From a virus: a stretch of DNA of 64,000 bases. The notes beneath the pieces were generated by a model. It saw only the letters and a list, made by a program, of their open reading frames with translations. It was not told the DNA's origin and searched no databases. The position numbers and the translations under genes were made by a program. Shown here piece by piece: positions 52,359 through 63,000 of the stretch (the first letter of the stretch is position 1; every line of letters starts with the position of its first letter). Location of the stretch: positions 32,001 through 96,000 of IMG/VR virus record IMGVR_UViG_3300046318_000491. One strand, 5' to 3'.

Positions 52359-55300
52359 TTAGACCACTGGTGGAGGCAGCTTATCTACCCAGGCAGGCGT
52401 AGGGTCAGCAGCTTCGTCATAGATCTTAACTACAGTAGCTGCTACCCAGCCGCTAGTCTTTTTGACATTCATGGTTGAAATTTTCCACTTAATTACCGTA
52501 CCAGGGCTGTCGGGAGCATACGGTCCGGAGTCTGGCTCGTCGGGAGCCGTTTCAGGTACAACGGTAAAAGTGGTAGTTGAAGGTGTCGTAGATACATAGT
52601 AAATACCATCGAAGGCTGGTGGTGTCGTAGTTGCTTCTAAGAAATGGTCATCCAAGGAAATAGTTACAATATCCTTAGGTACTAAACCGTGAACGGTTGA
52701 AGTAGTAAACAGGAACTTATTAGCAACTACCGCCGTATTAGAGATGCTCTTAGACGCGACAGCAACCTTGGTGCCTACAGGCACCGCGGTCAATTGGGTA
52801 GTCACAGATAGAATCTCACTGTTTGTCCCTGTATGATCACTAGCATCATCATAGTTATATGTAGAAGTGCCGTTGTTGTGGTAGTCCGAAACAAGGTTTA
52901 CAGCAGCTATAACGACTTCATACGTGGCTCCTGGAGTTAGTCCAGTAATAGTGTACTCGCCAGTGCTTACACCTGTAATTTTTCCAGTGGAAATCCACTC
53001 GCCATCGGTTTCCTTATAAAGAATACGATAGCCCGTAACTGCCACACCGCCGTTGCTTAGTGGCATGTTCCACGTCACGTCAATTTCTGTTGACGGGTCG
53101 TTAGCGCCAATGTCAGCAGCTACACCGGTCGGAGAGCTAGGTACGGTCCTCCATTTAAAGTCAATATACATATTAGAAGCGGGAGTTCCAAAGGTAGCGT
53201 TATAGTTTACGCCGTCCCGATAGATGATGTTGTCACCAGTGATGTTAGTTCCAGAGTCCCCTGGTGCTCGATAAAATAGGACTGATGCACCAGAAATCAT
53301 TCGGAACCCCGCGTACCATTTTTCGCCAGTAAAGGTTAGTAGGTATCTGCCAGCTGCATTTCTAGGAGTGAAGCTTAGGACCTTGTCTGTGTCCGCGTCC
53401 GGATCTTTGGTGAGAGCAGCATTATTAGTCGAAGAAGTCCACTGGTGGTACCTAGTCGCCTGGGTAGGGTTTGCCCTATCATCCATCTGCAGTTGAACAG
53501 TGCCGCTACCACCGGAACGGAAGTGCACTGATGCACTGTTCACGTGAATAGGCTTAACGGTTACAAAATCAGTGCCATCAAACGCGCCGGATACGTGGCC
53601 TACGTTGAAAGTGACACCAGAAGTGTAGTCAGTATTAGCCGTGTCCGCGCCAGTGAACGGCGATCTTTCACTACCGCCTATTGTTTCGCTATACCCTAGG
53701 AGAGGGATTGCCGGGGCTGTAACTGCTGTAGAGGTATATATGGCAACAATAGTGCTGTCGTTGTACGCTCCTATCGTGTAAGTATAGGAAGTGCCAGCTA
53801 CCCCGGTATCATCGATGTATGTTTCTGTAATAGAGCTTCCAGCTGGTACTGTACCAGCAGTTATCTCATCGCCATCGCTTCTAGTGATAGTCCAAACCGT
53901 GTCACCGCAAAGTGCCGGCGAGTCTACAGCGTATGACAATTGGATAGAATAGCCGGAAACCGAGGCTGCTACGCTAGCCGTAGGAGGGGTAACACCAGCG
54001 GTAGTTGTAGCAGCAACTGAGTAGTAGCCAGCATAGTTGTAGATATATAGAGTGTATGTATGCTCGGCTCCTGGGGTTAGATTAGAATCAGTAAAATATA
54101 AGATCGACGAGGTCGTTCCCTCGGCTTGGTACGACGCGTACACTTCCGTGTCTGTGGGATTTGTCCCTCTAACCACCCTTGCAAACGTATAGCCATTTTC
54201 TCCCGCCCCTGACCTAGCGCTGTAGCGTAAAAGCATGTCGATACTGCCGCTAGTAGCTGAAGGTTCAGCATCAAAAGCTATTACGTTAGTGCTTAGCGGA
54301 GGAGCCTCCGGCGTGGGCATAGGGTCGAAGTCCAGACCAGTAGAAGAACTGCTATTCGACATGTGCAGCTCGTAGCGAAGGAGCCCTTCAGTAGGGGACC
54401 AGTTAGTAGTAATATTAAGGAGGCCTAGATTCTGAGTAGACCCGGCTGATACTGAACCAGAAGAAACATTTCCCCCACTAGCCCTAGAAATATACCAATA
54501 AGTAGTTCCCGAGTCGGCAGGGGCAGTCACGCTTCCAGCAAAAGAGATTACTCCAGCAGCATTAGAGCTAACATTTATATAGCCGTATGGTGCTATATAG
54601 TCTCCGGCTTTTTCAGACTTACTTGTGGTGTAGTATCCAGAGTTGTTGTATAAATATACATAGAAAGTTCTTAAGCTATTAGCTGTATATCCACTGGCTT
54701 CAATGCTCTGAGTCGTACCCGTGACACCCGCTGCTAATTCGTAGTTGGCTATTAGCGTACCTAAATCGTCTTTTATCACAGCATAGTTGTTTGTATTACT
54801 AGAGCCTACCGCGGAGTATCTAAACGATATATCAACTGCACCTATCTTGGTAGTAGATTGCGTTACAGTGAAAGTGAGTAGGTTAGTGGATTTCGGGGCC
54901 CAGGCTGTATTTACAGAGGGTGCGTCTACGGTAACAGTACTTCCCCAGTTAGTAGCTGTCAGCCTGTACTGAAGTAATCCGGAAGTCGGGGTAGTGGTTA
55001 TAGATATAGCCGGACTAGGGGCACTACTTAGATTATAAGATCCTGTACTAGAGCCAGGGTCAGATGTGGTGCCAGAAGCTGAATATGCCTCCCCTTGAAT
55101 TTTTGAGATGCTCCATGAAGCAGGGCCACCGTTTGCGGGTAGGGTGATTATCGAAGTATTACGAGGCTTAAGAGTGTCTCGGTCAGTACGGTCAAGAAAA
55201 AATGCTGCGGTTAATTGAGGAAAGATACTTAAAACAGATGCGTTAGTTCCAGTGTGGTAGTTAGGTAGGCTGTAGTAAGAAGTACTTCCACCATTTACCG

Positions 55301-56132
55301 CTGTGCTCACGGAGTTATATGCAGCAACGAATACGTCATAGTTAGCCCCTGAGTCTACTGTCACATCTGAATAGAAGTATCCAGACCCATCAGTGGAGAA
55401 TGTTCCAGTAGCTTTTACCGTATAGGTATTGGTGCTGGTATTGCGAACCATAACTCGATAACCATCGACAATTACGTCATTACTAACGCCACCATTCTGA
55501 GCTGGAGCTAGCCATCTAACTCTAAAACTTCCGTTACTGCGCGAAGAGATGTTTATACTTGTAGGGGCGGTGGGTAAAGTACGAAGCCTAAGGTTGGCTC
55601 GTAGCATCGTTCCGGTGTTTTCCTGAGCATAGTCAAGGCTACTGTCATCTTTAAGATAGACGCTTTGGCCCCCTGTGTACGAGGCGGTGATACCGCGATA
55701 CATAGTAGACCTACCGGAGGTTGCATTATTTCGCTTAGATCCGTAAGCAATATATTTTACATCTGCGTACATATATACGCCGATAGAGCTTAAAGCAGCC
55801 ACCTGCAGGGTAGTGCTCATCGCAAAATTGCCGTACGAGTAGATAGGGTCTACATTGAAGGTGGGAGCGTACCCGCTAGGGCCGCAGAGAAGGCTAACGT
55901 CAGGCGATGCCGGCGAGTTGGCAGCAAATGTTATTGCTAGCTCTTTGATAAAAATCGGTTGAAGAGCTTGGCCTGGCCTATTGTCACCAAAAAACTCGGT
56001 GTTAATAGCACCGCTAATCGGTGCAATAAAAGCTGGATCATATACGGATAGACGCGCTGGACGTGTAGTAGCACTCGAGACAATAGCCGTAGTTCCTAGA
56101 CCAAGGGCTATATTAGCTCCTCCTAATGCCAT
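52359..56132 (-). CDS. Large FN3/Ig-repeat virion (tail) protein
   Basis: Several FN3 motifs (W.AP..NGG...GYRV; SNLTPGAEHTYTL; TGLTPGATYEVVIAAVN) and a C-terminal HGL..D.VTI domain. Confidence 0.75.
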   Translation of the reverse strand: MALGGANIALGLGTTAIVSSATTRPARLSVYDPAFIAPISGAINTEFFGDNRPGQALQPIFIKELAITFAANSPASPDVSLLCGPSGYAPTFNVDPIYSYGNFAMSTTLQVAALSSIGVYMYADVKYIAYGSKRNNATSGRSTMYRGITASYTGGQSVYLKDDSSLDYAQENTGTMLRANLRLRTLPTAPTSINISSRSNGSFRVRWLAPAQNGGVSNDVIVDGYRVMVRNTSTNTYTVKATGTFSTDGSGYFYSDVTVDSGANYDVFVAAYNSVSTAVNGGSTSYYSLPNYHTGTNASVLSIFPQLTAAFFLDRTDRDTLKPRNTSIITLPANGGPASWSISKIQGEAYSASGTTSDPGSSTGSYNLSSAPSPAISITTTPTSGLLQYRLTATNWGSTVTVDAPSVNTAWAPKSTNLLTFTVTQSTTKIGAVDISFRYSAVGSSNTNNYAVIKDDLGTLIANYELAAGVTGTTQSIEASGYTANSLRTFYVYLYNNSGYYTTSKSEKAGDYIAPYGYINVSSNAAGVISFAGSVTAPADSGTTYWYISRASGGNVSSGSVSAGSTQNLGLLNITTNWSPTEGLLRYELHMSNSSSSTGLDFDPMPTPEAPPLSTNVIAFDAEPSATSGSIDMLLRYSARSGAGENGYTFARVVRGTNPTDTEVYASYQAEGTTSSILYFTDSNLTPGAEHTYTLYIYNYAGYYSVAATTTAGVTPPTASVAASVSGYSIQLSYAVDSPALCGDTVWTITRSDGDEITAGTVPAGSSITETYIDDTGVAGTSYTYTIGAYNDSTIVAIYTSTAVTAPAIPLLGYSETIGGSERSPFTGADTANTDYTSGVTFNVGHVSGAFDGTDFVTVKPIHVNSASVHFRSGGSGTVQLQMDDRANPTQATRYHQWTSSTNNAALTKDPDADTDKVLSFTPRNAAGRYLLTFTGEKWYAGFRMISGASVLFYRAPGDSGTNITGDNIIYRDGVNYNATFGTPASNMYIDFKWRTVPSSPTGVAADIGANDPSTEIDVTWNMPLSNGGVAVTGYRILYKETDGEWISTGKITGVSTGEYTITGLTPGATYEVVIAAVNLVSDYHNNGTSTYNYDDASDHTGTNSEILSVTTQLTAVPVGTKVAVASKSISNTAVVANKFLFTTSTVHGLVPKDIVTISLDDHFLEATTTPPAFDGIYYVSTTPSTTTFTVVPETAPDEPDSGPYAPDSPGTVIKWKISTMNVKKTSGWVAATVVKIYDEAADPTPAWVDKLPPPVV

Positions 56133-56148
56133 AACTAACCCTGCCTAG

Positions 56149-56286
56149 TTATTGAGCCGAGCACACGTAGGTGTGGGCTTCGTCGTATGTGTCAAAAGCT
56201 GCTTCAGATTTACCATTTAAATTATTAACAACAAGAAACTGGTCGCGACCTAGTTCCTCGTCATAAAAACTAATTATTTTATACAT
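56149..56286 (-). CDS. Unlisted 45-aa ORF (MYKIISFYDEELGRDQFLVVNNLNGKSEAAFDTYDEAHTYVCSAQ)
   Basis: Fills the gap between two tail genes on the same strand; TAGAAT lies 8 nt upstream of the ATG. Confidence 0.6.
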   Translation of the reverse strand: MYKIISFYDEELGRDQFLVVNNLNGKSEAAFDTYDEAHTYVCSAQ

Positions 56287-56297
56287 CACTAACCATT

Positions 56298-59200
56298 CTA
56301 CGCGGTCACTTGAATCCAAATGTCGCCAGTAATGGCAGCAGCGGGGGTTACCGACCCTGCATATAGTTTAGCAAATGCAGTGGTGTCAGTGTTATAAACA
56401 AAACCGCTAGGCATGGAAATAACATTAGACTCACTAATCTCGATTGGGCTAGACGGATCAGCAGTATAGATAGCACCACCGCCACCACTACCACCGAACG
56501 CTCCAAAACTAATATCGGTAGTGCCTACTTCTATACTTGCCGCGCTGGTGTCATTGATAAAGGCTCTACCAGCCATAGTCTCCGAGCTAGTGCCTACATA
56601 AATTAAATCACCTTTAGTAATTTTTCCTGTAATACTGCCGTTATAAGAATCTAGTCTTCGCAGCTGGGCTTTAGTAGATTCATCACCTACAATTTCTACA
56701 GAATAAACACCGTTTTGTTCACCGGCAACCTGGTCTTTAATTAGGGCAACTTCTCCGGCAGCCATCTCGTGACCATCGATAGTGTACGTGCCAAAGGCTT
56801 GACGCGTAAGTGTTGCACCTACTCCCGAAGTACCGTTACTGTAGTCAGAGTCAGGAAGAGCTGCAATAGTTGCTACGTCCACAAAAACGTGTTGGTATGC
56901 AGCTGATCCGCCGGAAGATAGTGCATCTACCTTATTTTTAACCCAGGAAGTCGTGGCAACCTTATCACTATTATCGTTAATACTTAGAGATGAAGAGCCG
57001 AGCACCTGTGGGTGTGAGTCAGTGAATACATCTACGTATCCGCCAGTCGAGGAGATATCAGTAGCCTCGAGGCCTACAATATCAGCATTTACTGTTTCGA
57101 TAGTAAATTGATCGAAAGAGTTTGAAACCCTACTCATGGTATAGATACCGCTTAGGCCAAAAATACCGGTAGCCCAAATATCTACTAGCCCACCATCAGC
57201 GCGGCTCATTGAAGACTCCGAAACTGGATCGGTAAGTGTTACTGTCCAGACGCTAGTGAGCTCCGACTCTCCAGGTGCTGTTCGAGTCATGGTAGAGATT
57301 TCCCAGAAATCGGTATAAACCTTAGTGTTAAATTCAGCATAGCCGTCAAAGTACACGCTTAAGGGGTTCCTATTGCCCTCGTCCATATCCCAGGAGTTCC
57401 AGTTAGTAAAGTTAATGCTGTCAGCACTGACAGTTATCTCGGAGGATAGCTCATCGGAATATAGTCCGATCATTGAAGCGTACGTGGACGCCACCTTACC
57501 AGTATCATTACTAGACCACTGAGTAGCACTAGTTAGCTGTATGTAAGTGTCTTGCAAACTTGTACTGGAGGTTAAAGTGCTCTCGTACATGATTAAGGCA
57601 GTCTCTAGTGGTAGTGACTTCAATTTAAGAGGCGCGGGGGTCTCTAAATTGTAGTTTAGTAGCCCTCTTTGATACTGCCCAGAAGAGAGCTGAGTGCCGG
57701 TAGCATCGTCATCACTGTACCCGTAAAGAACTACTCTAGGGTTTATTGTCGCGTCATTAGCTAGGCCAGGGTAGTTAAGCAGTGCGCCAGAGAACCCGGG
57801 TGCACTTAGTCTAATGTCATCTACATAATTAATTCTCGAAGTCTGAGCCTCTAGGTCAATGTCAATCCACGTCTTAGGGGCCTGGACTGATGCAGTATCA
57901 GGCCTAGATGCGGTGTCATACCAAGACTGGCTACCGTATTTAGATCCTCCATAAAAGAACTTGTTTTGACTAGACAGCATCACGGAGTCGAGCATGTAGG
58001 AAGTGGTATCTAAGTCGCCTACAGTATTCTTTAGCCACGCCGGGATCGCAAGTTTAAATGATTTTTTTGCCTCTAGAGCAGCAGAATCCAAGTCTTTATA
58101 TTGCTGATACAGCTTTGCGCTGCTAATTTTGATTGTGTAAGGTACTCTGAAATACTCTTTAGACTTTTGATTTTTTAGAGTACCAGTGGCATCAATAACT
58201 GACAGATTTGGCATATAAGAGGCCATAGTCAAGGCACCAGAATATAGGTACACATTGGCGTCGATCTCGTCTAGGCTTAATGTCAACTTTTTAGTATGCG
58301 GTACCGAGGCCCACGATGCTTTAGTGGAGTCGTCTATCACATCCGAGATGCTGAGGAATGTGCCGTTATCAAACTTAAACTTAAGGTCTGATATGTCAAA
58401 CTCTGGAACATTGATTTTGTATATTTTTTGATTAGTTAGAGGTAACGACTGAGCCTCTGGGGGAGTACTAGGGCTTCTTCCAAATACAGCAACTGTAAAA
58501 GTATCGGTAGTTACTTCAGTAACCTTGACGATCTTTCTGTATTTTTGTTCAATCTTCTGAGCTTTAGTGTCTAAGTACTCGACCAAATGGCCTGGCTCTA
58601 GCCCCGTCTCAACGTCGCCATCAGTAGGCTGGTCTGACCTCCAGTTGTAGACATAATCACCGACTTTTAGTTCGTGACCGACAGAAGTAACAATAACTGA
58701 GGTTACGTCCTCGGATAGTGTAATTGCTGTAGGTACAAGCTCCTTACCAACCGGGTTAGAAAATATATCAAAGTTTAGATACAGTAGGCGGCCATATTTA
58801 ATGGCTGGCTCTATAAGGGAGTAGTTGGCAGTACCGTAAACATACTTGTCAGTGGTAGCCCCCACACCCCAGGATACGGAGATGCCGTATGTACTTTTCG
58901 CAGCATAATCCTGAATAACAGAAACCTCTGCTACTCCAATCGAACTATCCGACTCCCAGCCTGCCGCCGAGTGCACCTCGCTCTGCGAGTCGTCCAAGTA
59001 TTCAAAGCTTGGGTTATGGATTACGTTATAAATTTTAGCTGATACGTAATTAATACCCTCGTTAGAAAAATAACCGTGGTCAAATAGGGCTTTAGAGTAG
59101 TCATTTAAATAGAGACCCGCTACGTTTTCATCATGGTAGAGAGCATGACCGGTGAAGCTAGTTGCATACTCTATGTCAATATTCGGACCAAAGTTCTCGT

Positions 59201-60092
59201 ACTTAAAGCTAGCAAAGTCTGCTTCTATAACTGTAATAAATGCAGGTCCAGTGGAGAAACTAAAGCCGGTCTCGGAGACTGATCTAAATACCTGAGCGTC
59301 CTCGCTGCTTACTGCAGTCGACTCTACATCGCTAGCTGTTTTTGCAAAAACTAAAGTCTTATTAATATTTCTAATCGAGTCAGAGACATCTACTAGTGTG
59401 TAAGTCCCATTAAACGTGGAGTCCACGCCGCTGATCGTTACGCTATCTCCGGCTCGAAAACCGTGAGCATCGTTTGTGGTTAAATAAGCATAATTACTAA
59501 CAAGTTCCTTGTTCGTAATTACATAGGTGTGGGTGTTGTAAGAGGTCGTACCAGTGACTGCAATACGGACTCGGTCGCCAGTTTTATATCCATGGTCACT
59601 AGCGAGAACTATTGCAATATCATTTTTTCTATAGATACCAGAGACTGCAACTTCTGGCTCTCGGTAGGACCTATAGAGACCAACGTAAACACCGGTAGTA
59701 TCGTCGATATCGCTATCGCCCAGGTTCTCACTTTCGATAAAGGTACCGAAAAGCTTTTTAGTTCCGATATTACGTTCTACACCAGGGCTAGAGATATTCC
59801 AATAACCGATTGTCCCCGAATACGCATTGATATCACCACGTACGAATACATCGGAGAACTCGGCAACTCCAGTTCCGTCAATTTTCCAACCGGACAACCC
59901 TTCAGAGAAGTTTCCGCTTTGGATACTATTCGTTATTAACTCTGTAGTAGAGGCTAGGTTTGCTCCAGTAACTACACCGTCAGCAATTCCAGTTATAACA
60001 TTTGCCTGAGACTGAAGAGCCTTGACATCTTTATTAATCCCTGCAACGTATGAACTAAAGCTATTAGTTCTTTTTATACGACTACTCGCCAA
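56298..60092 (-). CDS. Large minor tail protein
   Basis: Start moved to TTG 60092 (AGGTGG SD). IQSGNF..G.SGWKI...G.AEF..V.VRG.I.A.SG.IG tail motif; HG[YF]..GD repeats; fibre-like C-terminus (GDIWIQ). Confidence 0.75.
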   Translation of the reverse strand: MASSRIKRTNSFSSYVAGINKDVKALQSQANVITGIADGVVTGANLASTTELITNSIQSGNFSEGLSGWKIDGTGVAEFSDVFVRGDINAYSGTIGYWNISSPGVERNIGTKKLFGTFIESENLGDSDIDDTTGVYVGLYRSYREPEVAVSGIYRKNDIAIVLASDHGYKTGDRVRIAVTGTTSYNTHTYVITNKELVSNYAYLTTNDAHGFRAGDSVTISGVDSTFNGTYTLVDVSDSIRNINKTLVFAKTASDVESTAVSSEDAQVFRSVSETGFSFSTGPAFITVIEADFASFKYENFGPNIDIEYATSFTGHALYHDENVAGLYLNDYSKALFDHGYFSNEGINYVSAKIYNVIHNPSFEYLDDSQSEVHSAAGWESDSSIGVAEVSVIQDYAAKSTYGISVSWGVGATTDKYVYGTANYSLIEPAIKYGRLLYLNFDIFSNPVGKELVPTAITLSEDVTSVIVTSVGHELKVGDYVYNWRSDQPTDGDVETGLEPGHLVEYLDTKAQKIEQKYRKIVKVTEVTTDTFTVAVFGRSPSTPPEAQSLPLTNQKIYKINVPEFDISDLKFKFDNGTFLSISDVIDDSTKASWASVPHTKKLTLSLDEIDANVYLYSGALTMASYMPNLSVIDATGTLKNQKSKEYFRVPYTIKISSAKLYQQYKDLDSAALEAKKSFKLAIPAWLKNTVGDLDTTSYMLDSVMLSSQNKFFYGGSKYGSQSWYDTASRPDTASVQAPKTWIDIDLEAQTSRINYVDDIRLSAPGFSGALLNYPGLANDATINPRVVLYGYSDDDATGTQLSSGQYQRGLLNYNLETPAPLKLKSLPLETALIMYESTLTSSTSLQDTYIQLTSATQWSSNDTGKVASTYASMIGLYSDELSSEITVSADSINFTNWNSWDMDEGNRNPLSVYFDGYAEFNTKVYTDFWEISTMTRTAPGESELTSVWTVTLTDPVSESSMSRADGGLVDIWATGIFGLSGIYTMSRVSNSFDQFTIETVNADIVGLEATDISSTGGYVDVFTDSHPQVLGSSSLSINDNSDKVATTSWVKNKVDALSSGGSAAYQHVFVDVATIAALPDSDYSNGTSGVGATLTRQAFGTYTIDGHEMAAGEVALIKDQVAGEQNGVYSVEIVGDESTKAQLRRLDSYNGSITGKITKGDLIYVGTSSETMAGRAFINDTSAASIEVGTTDISFGAFGGSGGGGAIYTADPSSPIEISESNVISMPSGFVYNTDTTAFAKLYAGSVTPAAAITGDIWIQVTA

Positions 60093-63000
60093 TTCGATCC
60101 ACCTGCCAATCTGTAACAATAGCTAGATCGATTTGCTCCGGGAAAGCCGGATTATTTGGCACAGTCACTTTGACAGAGTCGATCTTTCGAACAATAACAT
60201 CCTTGCGAGGCTCTAGCGTACTCTCTAGACGGTGCTTTACGAAGTCATCATTTACAATGATAGAACACCAGTCACCAGGTGAGTACGACCCAACTACTGG
60301 GTTCAATGAGCCATTCACTGTAATAATGAAATTTCCAGCGGGTGGCTTTGATTCATAAGCAAATCGTTTAGCAGTTCTATATAGATCGAGTTCGCTGTCA
60401 TAGTTGCCCCAGCTGTCGATATTAGTTTTATCGTTACCAATTAATGGCCAGTCAGCTTTTTCTGCTTTATCCAAAAGTGGCCAGCCATCAGCTAACAAGT
60501 CTTCCGAGACCGCTCCAGAGTAGGCGGCATCACCGCCTCCGGCTTGACCATTAGCACTAGATACGAAAACACGAGTTGCAGAGTTTTCTGCGTTCTCGGC
60601 GAAGCTAATATTAGAGATGTTTCCAGGGTACTCAAACACAACTTTATCTGCGCCGAAAGCAATAGGAGGTGCTGACTGCCCCGGAGCCAGGCCAGGCTTA
60701 CGATCCTGAGGTCGATTGCCATTTGGATTGTACGGGTCATCCTGTAGAGGTAGCGAGTTTATATATTTAGTTAAGCTTGCCGGGTACAGAGGAATTAATC
60801 TAAAAATTCTCTTAAACTTCTTATTACCAGTAGTTGGATCAATGTAAAGTTCGCAGTCGATTCTGTAATCAAACCCCGTAATAGTGTTTGAATACTCTTC
60901 TAGGTGCTGGCCCAGATTTACTAGATCAGAGCCCCTAAGTGGAGTGTTCTTGCTATTCAACGCACTGTAGAGGCTAGTGGAGAACTCTACCCCTCCTAGG
61001 TTGGCGCTTTGAGAGTATTCTCCATAGGTTCTAGTGAACGCGATAGGCTCCCTAGAAATCATAGGCGAAGGCAGAATTACGCCAATAGCCGTCTCATCGG
61101 CCACGTCAGTAATAGACGCAGCGGTAGATAGGGTAACTGTTCCAGTAGAAGCTAGGGCTTTTGTCTTTGTAGTCGGTAGAGTGACTGTCTTAATAAATGA
61201 CAAAGTTCTAGGAGTAGCGGTAACTAAAATAGCCGTACCAGTTAGCTGGCTAGAGACGGCACTAGGGAAGCTAGACAGTTCTATAGTATCTCCGACAACA
61301 AACCTGTGGTAATAGCCAGTGGCAACGGTAAGAGTGACGGTAGTCTTTGTTGTATTTTTCGCGATTGAGTAATGCGAAACTTCAACCGAATCAGAGCCAG
61401 GAACAGTGTAAGTAAGAGTATCTTCAGAAGGAACGCTTGTTATCTGTATTGGCTCATTATTGCCATTCAGAGAAAGCGTGTTTTTACCATAAGTCCAAAC
61501 GTTAACCCAGTCGCCTACAGCAAGCCCGTGTCCAGGTGATGTCAAGGTTGCCACGGACGAGGAGGCCCTAGCCAGAGCAGTAATATCTCTGGTCTCGGAG
61601 GAAATTGACCCGTAATCCAGAACTGCAACACCGGCGACGTTATGCGAAGACGTAGCTTTAACTTGACTATTAGGGTATACAAAAGGTTTAGGGTCAAAGG
61701 CATGAAGAACTTTATGAGGGCTTCTTAGCGTTATATCTGTCCATCGTTCTTGACCAGTGGGTGACTCGGTACTCGGGTCTTTTACTACCTTAAGAACCTG
61801 CATATCCTTACCGTTGAAGATAGAGTACTTATTAGTACCGCTGTCTTTTAGCCCCGAGATTTTAAAAGTATCTCCGACAAAAACCTCTGGTGATGCAGTA
61901 GACGGACCGTTCTTGTTGAATACAGCAGTAATCTTCTTCTTAACAGTGGCAGTCACATTGAAGCCAGATACTGGCGTATTGGCAGGGATCGCGACTGACT
62001 GAGTGGTTTTAACCCAGAAAGTCTCTTTATTGGTCGTCATCTTTTTGATGACGCCAGTGTCATTGTAGACAGAGTACTTTACGATCTGCTTTGCAGAGAT
62101 CTTCGATGGGTCGGTGTGTGCACCCATGTAGACGTTACCCTTGTCAGAACCGTGTCGAGTAGCAAGCGGTGTGCTTGAGGTTGACTTCGCCGAGTCCCAG
62201 GTCCAACTAATACTGTACTTACCATCGCAGGGGACATCGATGTAGTAGTTTAGGGGGATTCCAGTTGAGCCGCGAAGGGTTCCGTACCCTAAGGTGTACT
62301 CGTCTGCTTTAAATTTTTTATTCTTAAGGTATGTATCTACGATAGGTTTTACAGCTACAGTACGAGTTCCGGTGGTTGTGCCTTGTAGGCCCCACATGTT
62401 AATTGTTATGACTTTATTCTTTTGCTTAGAAGAGCCGCTAGTACCAAGGGCTTTTTGAGATGTAAAGCCGCTCAGGACCACTTTTGATGTTTTAGCCAGC
62501 TCGGGGTTGACATCGAGATACATCCTAGCAACGCCAGTTTTCTTTTTAACATTGGTGCACTTAAACTCAATTTTGTACGGAGCAAGATTTTTTGCCTCTA
62601 CAACTGATGGCTGATCTGACGACTGGTCCGGAAGCCCTTCAATAGTTACGCTGTCTCCGATACTAAAATTAGTAGCGTTAGCTCCTGTAGTCGTAAATAC
62701 TACATAGTCATCGCCAGTAGCATTCATTTCTGTCTGAATAGACCCGATTGACACGGCAAAAGTCTGCTCGGTATCTTCGTTACCCTGTTCCGCGGAGTCA
62801 GCAATAAAGTTGTCTGTAACTACCCTAGTCACAACGGTGTAAGGGCTAGTGGCCTTGTCAACTTTATTCTTAGTCTTAGGGAAGGAGATGTTTCGAACAA
62901 TTACTTCGCTACTCACGTCAATATCGCCAGGCACGTAGTACTTAAAAGTATTCTCGGTGGCCTCAATAATTTTTACTGTTCCACCGTTACTGTCATAGTT

